Source: Blastocatellia bacterium (GTDB lineage: Bacteria; Acidobacteriota; Blastocatellia; RBC074). Taken from it: a stretch of DNA of 64,000 nucleotides. The notes beneath the pieces are model-generated. The model made no database searches, had not been told where the DNA came from, and worked only from the letters and a program-made list of their open reading frames with translations. The DNA is taken from NCBI GenBank assembly GCA_046331565.1, contig JAXLQP010000001.1, forward strand, positions 2,158,347 through 2,222,346, written 5' to 3'. The position numbers and the translations under genes are program-made. Of the stretch, positions 38,159 to 47,591 are shown piece after piece (the stretch's first letter is position 1; every line of letters begins with the position of its first letter).

Positions 38159-38480
38159 TTTTGCGTGACTGCATCAGCAGATGGATGCCCGTCGGCCACA
38201 GCCTTCGCCCTGGGAACGCAAACCCCGCTGTTCATCAGCGTCCGGCGCGTGTTCTCAGGTCCTGGCTGTGGTTGGAATTGCATCCGTTTCAAATGACTCT
38301 GAAGCCGGTGTCCTGATCCGATTCCGGTGTCCGGTCGGCAGGCAGGCGACTGTCTGTGCCTGAGACACCGGCTTCAACATCTCCTGTTATTCCTCATTAT
38401 CTGCCCATCTTCCCGCACTGTGGCCTGTCGGCATTGCCTGCCGCTGATTGAACCGATCTTTTGAAGTAAGGAGAGTTCGA

Positions 38481-41400
38481 ATGAATACCGTGAGAAGCTT
38501 TGTTCTGACCTGTTGTGCGCTGCTTGTTGTCGCGGTGGTCAGCCTTGCGCAGTCCAATACCGGACGACTGGTCGGCACTGTGATCAGCCCTGATGGTGGC
38601 GTCGTACCTGGCGCTCAGGTCGTCGTCATTGACAATCAGACAGCGAAGGAAAGAAATCTGGTGACGAGCGGCGAAGGCACCTTCCTGGTGCCGCAACTCG
38701 ACATCGGCAATTACACTGTCCGCGTTACGGCGCCGGGTTTCAAAACCTTCGTCGCCAATGATGTCAAGATTGATGTGGGGCGTGAATACACGCTCAACGT
38801 GAAGCTTGAAATCGGCCAGACGCAGGACAGCGTCAGCGTCACTGCCGGGGCCGATGTCGTCAACGCCACTAACGCTGAACTGAGCAGTTCAGTCAGCCCG
38901 CGCCAGATTGTCGAACTGCCGCTCAACGGGCGCGACCCGACATCGCTGATTACGTTGCAGGCAGGGACGGCTTCCAACGGCGCAACCAATACCTCAATCA
39001 ATGGCCAGCGTCCGGCCTTTACCAACATCACGCGCGACGGCATCAACATTCAGGACAACTTCATTCGCGCCAACGCCTCTGATTTCACGCCGCAGCGTCC
39101 GACGGTTGATGACGTGGCCGAATTCACAATCACGACGCAGAACGCGAGCGCCGACCAGGGTTATGGCGCTTCGCAGGTGCAGATGGTCACGCCGCGCGGG
39201 CAGAACGCCTTTCACGGCGCGCTGTTTGAATACAACCGCAACTCGGAATTTGCGGCCAACGACTTTTTCAGCAATGCCAGCAATACGCCGAAGCAGTTTC
39301 TCAACCGCAATCAGTTTGGCGGCAGAATCGGCGGCCCGATTGTGCCGAACAAACTGTTCTTCTTTTTCAGCACTGAGTTCTTTCTGCTGCGCACGCAGGC
39401 TTCGCAACTGCGCACGATTCTGACGCCGTCAGCGCGCCAGGGCACTTTTACTTATGTGCGTGCCGACAACGGGCAGCTTCAGACCGTCAATCTGTTCACG
39501 CTCAACCCGCAGGTGACGGGCATTGATCCGACCGTGCAAAGCCGCATCCTGGCGAACCTGCCAGCGGTCGGCAACACGTCAGACCGGGGCGATCAGCGCA
39601 ACACGACGGGGCTGCGGTTCAATCAGCGCGCCAATCTTGACCGCAAGACCTTTACCGGGCGGCTTGATTACGATCTGAACGAACGCAACACCTTCAGCGG
39701 CGTTTACAGCTTTGTCCGCGAAGATCCGAATGACCGGCCCGATGTTGATGGCACCGCCGGGTTCGCACCCGTGCCGGTCGTCAACCAGCCGGCTGATCGT
39801 CGCTTTCTCTCGACGGCGTGGCGCTGGTCGCCCACCAACCGGCTGACCAACGAAGTGCGCGGCGGATTTTTCAAAACCAATCCGACCTTTTTGCGCACGG
39901 TGGCGGAACCGTCCTTCTTTCTGACGCTGCCGCTGGTCAGCAGTCCCGAAGTGAACTTTCAGAACCAGGGGCGTCACACGCACACTTACAGCGCGCAGGA
40001 CACGGCTGATTACACTTTCGGCAATCACGCTTTCAGATTCGGCGGACAGGCGCAGTTTTTCAGAATCTCGCCGTTCGCTTCATTTGACACGCTTCCGCGC
40101 TTCACGCTCGGCACCAATCAGAACACGCCGCAGATCACGACCGCGCAGTTCACCAATCCGGCGCTCTTTCCCGGCGGCATTTCAACGGCGCAGCGGAGCA
40201 CGGCCAATTCCCTGCTCGCGCTGCTTGGCGGCATCGTCGGCAGCGCCACGCAGACTTTCAATGCGACGAGCCGCACGTCAGGTTTTGTGCCGGGCGCGCC
40301 GTTCGAACAGAAATTCGCTTACGAAAACCTCTCGCTTTACTTTGCCGATCAGTGGCGCATCTCGCCGCGTTTCAGCCTGAACCTGGGTCTGCGGTATGAA
40401 TACTTCACACCGCTCAGAGAGGAGCATGGGCTGGCGCTCGAACCGCTGCTGCTCTCAGCCGATGTGGTCGGAGCCGCGCTCAACCGCAATGGCGTGGTTG
40501 ATTTCATCGGCAACAATGCCGGCAGCAAAAATTTCTTTGAAGCCGACACGGACAATTTCGCTCCGGTCGTCAGCTTCGCGTGGTCACCGCAATTCGAGAA
40601 CAAATTCCTGGGTCACGTTTTCGGCAACAGCGGACGCACGGTGTTGCGTGGCGGCTTCAGAATGAGTTACGTCAACGACGATTACCTGCGTTCAGCCGAT
40701 AACGCGCAGGGCGGTAACTCAGGCCTCTCATCCACCGTGACGCTGCCAGCCATCAGTGGGCGGCTGAGTACTCTGAACGCGACGGTGCCGACTCCGGCCT
40801 TCGGCATTCCGCGCACATTTGCCGAAGGCAATCTGCGGTCGGGCAATTTCTTCTCGACCGTCTTTGCGATTGATCCGACGATTCAGGTGCCGCGCCTCTT
40901 TGAATACAACTTCGGCATTCAGCGCGAACTCGGATTTCAGACCGTCTTTGAAATCCGCTACGTCGGCAGCTTCAGCAACCAGTTGATTCGCGGCATTGAC
41001 TTCAACCAGGTCAACATTCGCAGCAACGGTTTTCTGACTGATTTCAATAACGCGCGGGCGAACCTGCTGCTGACGGGCAATCCGGCCTGTACGACGGCGC
41101 AGAATGCGGGCTGTCAGCCGCTGACGGTCTTTCCGCAACTTGGCGGCAGTGGTTTTCTGAGCAATGCCACCGTGCAGGCCAATCTGATCAACGGCACACC
41201 GGCTGATCTGGCGATCTTTTACGTCACCAACGGAGTGTCGGGCGCAGGGCCGCTGTTCCTCGCCAACCCGAACGCGGGGCCGGTGGACTTTCTGACCAAT
41301 GCCGGCAAGTTCCGTTACAACGGTTTGCAGGTCGAAGTGCGCAAGCGGTTCTCTGACGGGCTGTCATTCCAGGGCAACTACACGTTCCAGAAAACGCTGA

Positions 41401-42119
41401 CGAACGCTTCCGGCATTGGCCAGACGCGCTTTGAGCCGAGTCTTGATCTGTTCAATGAGGCGCTGGAATATGCCCGCGCTGATTACGATCAGACGCACGT
41501 TTTCAATCTCAATGCGATTTATGAACTGCCGTTCGGCCCCGGCAAGCGGTGGCTGAATGAAGGACTGGTGTCGCGGTTGCTGGGCGGCTGGCAACTGACG
41601 ACGATCATCCGCGCAGGCAGCGGCGCACCGATCACGATTGTGGATGCGCGCGGCACGCTCAATCGCGCCGGACGCTCAGGACGGCAGACGCCGCAGACTT
41701 CGCTGACGAAAGATCAGATCAAGGATCTGATCGGCATCTTCAAGCGGCCTGACGGAGTCTTTTTCATCAACCCGTCAGTCATCAATCCGGCCACAGGTCG
41801 CGGCGCTGAAGGCTTCGGCCAGCCAGCGTTCCCCGGCCAGGTCTTTTTCAATAACGCACCCGGACAGACCGGCAGTCTGGAACGCGCCTTTATCAACGGC
41901 CCGATCTTTTTCAACTGGGATGCGGGCATCTTCAAGAACTTCAAGATCACGGAACGGGCACGGTTCCAGTTCCGCGCTGAACTTTTCAATGTGCTGAACC
42001 GGGCCAATTTCTTTGCCAGTCAGTTCGGCACGCTCAACATCAACAGCACGAATTTCGGGCGCATCGTCTCAACCTTTGACCCGCGCATCGTGCAATTCGC
42101 CGGACGCCTGGAGTTCTGA
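38481..42119 (+). CDS. TonB-dependent receptor with CarboxypepD_reg-like N-domain (second paralog).
   Basis: ATG 38481 with AAGGAG 8 nt upstream; GRLVGTVISPDGGVVPGAQVVVIDNQTAKE.. ; ends ...GRLEF. Confidence 0.75.
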   Translation: MNTVRSFVLTCCALLVVAVVSLAQSNTGRLVGTVISPDGGVVPGAQVVVIDNQTAKERNLVTSGEGTFLVPQLDIGNYTVRVTAPGFKTFVANDVKIDVGREYTLNVKLEIGQTQDSVSVTAGADVVNATNAELSSSVSPRQIVELPLNGRDPTSLITLQAGTASNGATNTSINGQRPAFTNITRDGINIQDNFIRANASDFTPQRPTVDDVAEFTITTQNASADQGYGASQVQMVTPRGQNAFHGALFEYNRNSEFAANDFFSNASNTPKQFLNRNQFGGRIGGPIVPNKLFFFFSTEFFLLRTQASQLRTILTPSARQGTFTYVRADNGQLQTVNLFTLNPQVTGIDPTVQSRILANLPAVGNTSDRGDQRNTTGLRFNQRANLDRKTFTGRLDYDLNERNTFSGVYSFVREDPNDRPDVDGTAGFAPVPVVNQPADRRFLSTAWRWSPTNRLTNEVRGGFFKTNPTFLRTVAEPSFFLTLPLVSSPEVNFQNQGRHTHTYSAQDTADYTFGNHAFRFGGQAQFFRISPFASFDTLPRFTLGTNQNTPQITTAQFTNPALFPGGISTAQRSTANSLLALLGGIVGSATQTFNATSRTSGFVPGAPFEQKFAYENLSLYFADQWRISPRFSLNLGLRYEYFTPLREEHGLALEPLLLSADVVGAALNRNGVVDFIGNNAGSKNFFEADTDNFAPVVSFAWSPQFENKFLGHVFGNSGRTVLRGGFRMSYVNDDYLRSADNAQGGNSGLSSTVTLPAISGRLSTLNATVPTPAFGIPRTFAEGNLRSGNFFSTVFAIDPTIQVPRLFEYNFGIQRELGFQTVFEIRYVGSFSNQLIRGIDFNQVNIRSNGFLTDFNNARANLLLTGNPACTTAQNAGCQPLTVFPQLGGSGFLSNATVQANLINGTPADLAIFYVTNGVSGAGPLFLANPNAGPVDFLTNAGKFRYNGLQVEVRKRFSDGLSFQGNYTFQKTLTNASGIGQTRFEPSLDLFNEALEYARADYDQTHVFNLNAIYELPFGPGKRWLNEGLVSRLLGGWQLTTIIRAGSGAPITIVDARGTLNRAGRSGRQTPQTSLTKDQIKDLIGIFKRPDGVFFINPSVINPATGRGAEGFGQPAFPGQVFFNNAPGQTGSLERAFINGPIFFNWDAGIFKNFKITERARFQFRAELFNVLNRANFFASQFGTLNINSTNFGRIVSTFDPRIVQFAGRLEF

Positions 42120-42165
42120 GCAGGAACGCGCCTGAGGGCCATCAACCCGGCCCTCAGGCCTGAAT

Positions 42166-42236
42166 ATGGAGTGCGGCGAGTTCCCGCCGCTTTTGACTTT
42201 CAACCAGTCAAAAGCGGCGAGAACTCACTCCACATC
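42166..42236. repeat. Palindromic element, family B, copy 2, preceded by a perfect 10-bp-stem hairpin at 42131-42158.
   Basis: atggagtgcggcgagttcccgccgcttttgac-tttcaacc-agtcaaaagcggcgagaactcactccacat. Confidence 0.6.
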
Positions 42237-42254
42237 CTCAAACAACAGGCCGCT

Positions 42255-42335
42255 CCCTGTAGTCAACAATTTATTCGTTCTGATTTCCGTCATCGCGCCG
42301 GTTCAGACCTGAACGAATAAATTTACGGCTACGGG
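42255..42335. repeat. Palindromic element related to family F (18061-18166).
   Basis: ccctgtagtcaacaatttattcgttctg ... gaacgaataaatttacggctacggg. The loop carries the ttccgtcatc motif seen in family D. Confidence 0.5.
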
Positions 42336-42380
42336 CAGCGGCCTGGCTCATTATTTGATGCTTTTTTCAGGCAGTGACTG

Positions 42381-43748
42381 GTGACAGTCCGATTAGTGAT
42401 GGTTATGAAAGATGTGATGAGTCAGGCTCAGATGCCGGTGTTTTCATTGTTCAGATTTGTCGTCAGCGCCACGCTCACCATGTTCCTGCTCGCCGGTTGC
42501 GCCACGCACCAGCAGAATAACGATTCAGCCGGTGACACATCAGCCAGTCCTTCACCCGCTGCTTCTCCGGTTCCGGTTGCCGTTGCCACTGCCATCACGC
42601 GACAGGTTTCAGCTTTTATTCCCGCCACCGGCAGCTTTGCCGCTGACGAGTCATCCGATGTGGCGCCCGAAGTTTCAGGACAGGTCACTGCCACGCCGGT
42701 TGATGTCGGCGATTTCGTGCGCGAAGGCGCAGTCATCGCGCGCCTTGATGATCGTGACGCGCAGTTGAAACTGGCGCAGGCGCAGGCTTCGGAACGCCAG
42801 GCCGCTGCCGCCGTCCGGCAGGCTCAGGCGCGGCTCGGCATCGGTCAGGGCGAAACTTTCGATGTCAGCGAAGTGCCGGAAGTGCGCGCGGCGCGCCGTC
42901 AGTATGAAGCCGCTGAAGCGCAGGCGCGGCTGGCTGAAACCAATGCGCGACGTTACGAAAAGCTGATTGAAACCGGCGACGTTTCGCGCAGCGTCTACGA
43001 TCAGGCGCGCGCGCAGGCCGAAACCGCCAGAGCACAGGCCCAGGCTGCGCGCCAGCAGTATGAAGCTGCGCTCAATAATGCGCGCCAGGGCAATCAGAAC
43101 ATTGCCGGAACCGAGGCCGCGCTCGCAGCCGCCCGCGCCCAGGTTGCCATTGCGCGCAAGGCCGTCAGCGATACGATCATCAGAGCGCCCATTTCAGGTT
43201 ATGTCAGCGACCGCCCTGCCGCGCCCGGCGAAGCGGTTTCGCCCGCAACCAAAGTAGCCACGATTCAGCGGATCAATCCGATCAAACTGCGCCTGCAATT
43301 ATCTGAAGCCGATGCAGGCAGGTCGCGCATCGGCATGCCGGTCAAAGCCAGCGTGGCCGCTTACCCGGAACGCGAATTTACCGGACGAGTCACTGCCATC
43401 AATCCGGCCATTGACCCGAATTCGCGCACCGTGACCGTTGAAGCGCAGATTGATAATCCCGACACGCTGCTGCGACCAGGGATGTTTGCCACCGCGCAAC
43501 TGATTCAGCCCGGCGGCGAACAGGCAGTCTTTGTTCCGCGCGCAGCGGTCATCAACGATCCGGCCACCAATTCCGCGCACGTCTTTGTCATCGAAAACAA
43601 CACGGCCCGGGTGCGCGTGGTGCAGACCGGCGAAACTGAGAACGATCTGATTCGCATCACGACAGGTCTTGGCAGCGGTGAGGTGATTGCGGTCAGCCAT
43701 CTCGAACAACTCTTTGATGGCGCGCCGGTCAGCGCGCAGCGTCAGTGA
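42381..43748 (+). CDS. Efflux RND periplasmic adaptor (membrane fusion protein, HlyD/AcrA family).
   Basis: Lipoprotein-like LLAGCATHQQ; long coiled-coil hairpin (AQAQ.. repeats); C-terminal beta-barrel/MP domain. Confidence 0.75.
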   Translation: MTVRLVMVMKDVMSQAQMPVFSLFRFVVSATLTMFLLAGCATHQQNNDSAGDTSASPSPAASPVPVAVATAITRQVSAFIPATGSFAADESSDVAPEVSGQVTATPVDVGDFVREGAVIARLDDRDAQLKLAQAQASERQAAAAVRQAQARLGIGQGETFDVSEVPEVRAARRQYEAAEAQARLAETNARRYEKLIETGDVSRSVYDQARAQAETARAQAQAARQQYEAALNNARQGNQNIAGTEAALAAARAQVAIARKAVSDTIIRAPISGYVSDRPAAPGEAVSPATKVATIQRINPIKLRLQLSEADAGRSRIGMPVKASVAAYPEREFTGRVTAINPAIDPNSRTVTVEAQIDNPDTLLRPGMFATAQLIQPGGEQAVFVPRAAVINDPATNSAHVFVIENNTARVRVVQTGETENDLIRITTGLGSGEVIAVSHLEQLFDGAPVSAQRQ

Positions 43749-43823
43749 AGCTGCTGCGGAACAGTAGTTGCCGTGCTACAGGCTGATTATCAAGCCTGTG
43801 AGTGAACAGGATAAAGGGTTGTT

Positions 43824-44258
43824 TTGAATTTGCAGGAAAGGGGTACACCACAGTGTATGGAACCGCAACGCAATGTCTTTGCCCTGGTCATTGATGATGA
43901 TCATGACCAGTATGAAATCATTAAAGCAGTTCTGTCACTTGAGGGGTATTCGGTGTTGACCGCTGACAATGCAGAAGATGCGCTGAAACTTTACAGCCGC
44001 TACCGGCCTTTCGTCATCATCACAGATTTCAGCATGCCGGATGTTGATGGCGCCGAACTGATTGAACTGCTGAGATCAGACGGAGCAAAGGATATCCCGA
44101 TTGTGATCGTTTCTGCCTACTCACCTGATTACGTGCAGGAAAAGATGCATCCGGGTTACGAACCCGACGCGATTCTGCCCAAACCGCTGGATTTTGATCT
44201 GTTGTTGAGGCGGGTCAGAAATTACCACCAGCATCGCCGCGAACTGTGTTACGCCTGA
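43824..44258 (+). CDS. Stand-alone receiver (REC) domain response regulator.
   Basis: DD...D (FVIITDFSMPDVDG) acid pocket, conserved K (LPKP). No output domain. Confidence 0.6.
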   Translation: MNLQERGTPQCMEPQRNVFALVIDDDHDQYEIIKAVLSLEGYSVLTADNAEDALKLYSRYRPFVIITDFSMPDVDGAELIELLRSDGAKDIPIVIVSAYSPDYVQEKMHPGYEPDAILPKPLDFDLLLRRVRNYHQHRRELCYA

Positions 44259-44330
44259 GAATTCTCAGGCGTAACGTTGATTCCTGACACTTCCTCCTGA
44301 ACATCGGTTTCCCTGGCGTTTGATGACCGC

Positions 44331-47300
44331 ATGCAGAAGCTGGCCGAAATCTGTGTTCGCCGTCCGGTTTTCGCCACAATGCTGATTCTGGCGCTGACTG
44401 TGGTCGGCGTCTTCTCTTTCTTCACCCTCGGCGTTGATCTTTTTCCGCGCGTTGATTTCCCGACCATCACTGTTTCCGTCCTCAATCCCGGCGCTTCGCC
44501 GCAGGAAATCGAAACCGAAATTACCGACAAGGTTGAAGCCTCGGTCAACACCATCAGCGGCATTGATGAATTGCGCTCGACCTCGATTGAAGGCGTCTCG
44601 CAGGTCTTTATCACGTTCGTTCTCGAAAAGGATGCCGATGTGGCCGCGCAGGAAGTGCGCGACAAAGTTAACCTGATTCTCGACGAACTGCCCGAAACCG
44701 CCGAAACGCCGATCATTCAGAAACTCGACACCGAGGCTGCTCCGGTGCTGCGCATCGTGATTTCGGCCCCGCGCCCGTTGCGCGAAGTCAATGACATTGC
44801 CGACAAACAGATTGGTGAAAAGCTTGAAAGCATCAGCGGCGTCGGTCAGGTGCAGATCATCGGCGGCAGCGAACGCGAAATTCAGATTCAGGTTGATCCT
44901 GACCGGATGCGCGCCTTCAACATCACCATCAACGATGTCGTCAATGCCGTCCGCGCGCAGAACATCGAAGTGCCGGGCGGGCGCATTGATCAGGGCACAC
45001 GCGAGCTGACGGTGCGCACGCTCGGACGCATCCGCGACATCGAAGGCTTCAATAACCTGGCCATCGCCAATAAAAATGGGTTTGCCGTCAAGGTGCGCGA
45101 CATTGGCCAGGCCGTTGACACCGCCGCTGAACAGCGCACTGCCGCGCTTTTTGACGGCAAACCGGCGGTCAGCATTCTGGTGTCAAAACAATCAGGCCAG
45201 AACACCGTCGCCGTTGCCGATGCAATCAGAGAAAGGCTGAATGAAATCAAACCGACGCTGCCGCCCGATGTGCATTACGAAATCGCGGGCGATCAGTCCG
45301 TCTACATTCGCGCCGCTGTCGAATCAATCGAAACGCACCTGATCGAAGGCAGCATTCTCGCTTCAATCGTCGTCTTTCTCTTTCTCTGGAACTTTCGCTC
45401 GACGCTGATTTCAGCCATCGCCATTCCGACTTCAATCATTTCAACCTTCGGCCTGATGGCGGCGATGGGTTACACGCTCAATCAGATCACGATGCTTGCG
45501 CTGACGCTGATGGTCGGCATCGTGATTGATGATGCGATTGTGGTGCTTGAGAACATTTATCGTTATATCGAAGAGAAAGGCCTGTCGCCGTTTCAGGCCG
45601 CCATCGAAGGCACGCGCGAAATCGGCCTTGCCGTCATGGCCACGACGCTTTCACTGCTCGCCGTCTTTCTGCCGGTCGGATTTATGGGCGGCATCGTCGG
45701 GCGGTTTATGTCTTCGTTCGGCCTGACGGCTTCGTTTGCAATTGCGGTTTCGCTGCTCGTTTCATTCACGCTGACGCCGATGCTGTCAGCCAGACTCATC
45801 AAACGCCGCGATCCTGAAACAGCCGCAGGCGGCAGCGAAGGCGCGCCCGAACGCACGCCGGGGCCGGAACCGAGCGCGCACGAAACCGTCGCGCAGATGC
45901 CGCCAGCACCCGCGCACGAACCGGCACACGCTTCAAAGGAAGGCCGCATTTACCGCCGCATTGATCGCAACTACACGCGCCTGCTTGAGTGGTCAATGGA
46001 ACATCGCAAGGTGATTGTCGCCCTGAGCGCGCTGACAATCATCAGCATCGTGCCGCTCTTTATGCTGATCGGCAAAAACTTTCTGCCCGTTGATGACCAG
46101 TCACAATTTGAAATCACTGTGCGCGCCGCTGAAGGCACGACATTGCCCGCGACACTGACCATCTTTCAGCGCATTGCCACTGAAGTGCGCAAACTGCCCG
46201 GCGTGACCGACACGCTGACAACTGTTGGCGGCGGTCAGCAGTCGCCGGTCAACAGCGGTTCGATTTACGTCAAACTCGCGCCCATCGAAGACCGCGAACT
46301 GTCGCAGCAGGAACTGATGCTGCGCGCGCGTGAACTGCTGAAAAAATTTCCATCAGAACTGCGCACCAGCGTGCAGCAGGTCGCAGGCATTTCAGGGGGC
46401 GGCTTTCGCAACGCCGATATTCAGTATCTCATCGGCGGCCCCGACATTCAGAAACTGACGCAGTATGCCGACACTCTGCGCCAGAAGATGCAGACCATTC
46501 CCAACGTGGTTGACGTGGACACATCAGTAGTCACGGGCAAGCCCGAACTGCGCGTGGTAATTGACCGGCAGCGCGCCGCTGATCTGGGCGTGCGGGTGGC
46601 CGACATTGCGCAGGCGCTGAACACGCTGATCGCCGGTCAGCGCGTCGGCACATTCAATGTCGGAAAGGATGATTACGACGTGCGCGTGCGCGCTGCTGGT
46701 GAATTTCGCAAAAGCGTCGAAGACCTCAAACGCATGACCGTTGCATCAAATCGCGGCGGCCAGATCACGCTTGATAACGTCGTGCACATCGAACCCGGAA
46801 CCGGCCCGTCCTCAATTGACCGGCTCAACCGTCAGCGACAGGTCACCATCACCGCCAACGTCACGCCCGGCGGTTCGCAATCGGAGGTGATTCAGCGTAT
46901 GAACGAATTTGTCAGTCAGATGAAACTCGACCCCGGATATACAACGGGCCTCGCCGGAAGATCGAAGGAACTGGGCCGCGCCGGTTATTACTTCGTTCTC
47001 GCCTTCGCGCTGTCATTCATCTTTATGTACATGGTGCTGGCCGCGCAGTTTGAATCGTTCATTCATCCGATCACGATTCTGCTGACGCTGCCGCTGGCGA
47101 TTCCCTTCGGCATCATCTCGCTGCTGATTTTCGGGCAGACGGTCAACATCTTTTCCGGCCTCGGCCTGCTGCTGCTGTTTGGCATCGTCAAGAAGAATGC
47201 GATTTTGCAGATAGATCACACCAACGGTTTGCGCGCGAAGGGACTGGAACGCCACGCCGCGATCATTCAGGCCAACCGCGACCGCCTGCGACCGATTCTG

Positions 47301-47591
47301 ATGACGACGATTGCGCTGGTGGCAGGCATGCTGCCGCTCGTCATTTCAAGCGGCCCCGGTTCAGGCACCAATCGTTCAATCGGAGTGCTGGTCGTTGGCG
47401 GCCAGTCATTGTGCCTGCTGCTCACGCTGCTCGCAGTGCCGGTCTTTTATTCATTGTGGGAGGATTTGCTTGAACTGCCGGTGTGGCGTTATCTCGGTCA
47501 TCGTTACACCCGCATCAAATCAGGCCTGCGCGAACGTGCGGTCGGTTATCTCTCGCCGCTCATCAATTCATTTCGCCGCCGACCGCGACAA
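44331..47591 (+). CDS. Efflux RND transporter permease (AcrB/CzcA superfamily). No stop codon before the next gene in this frame; reads through into the OMF.
   Basis: 12-TM RND architecture with two large periplasmic loops. Canonical N-terminus MQKLAEICVRRPVFATMLILALTVVGV. Confidence 0.8.
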
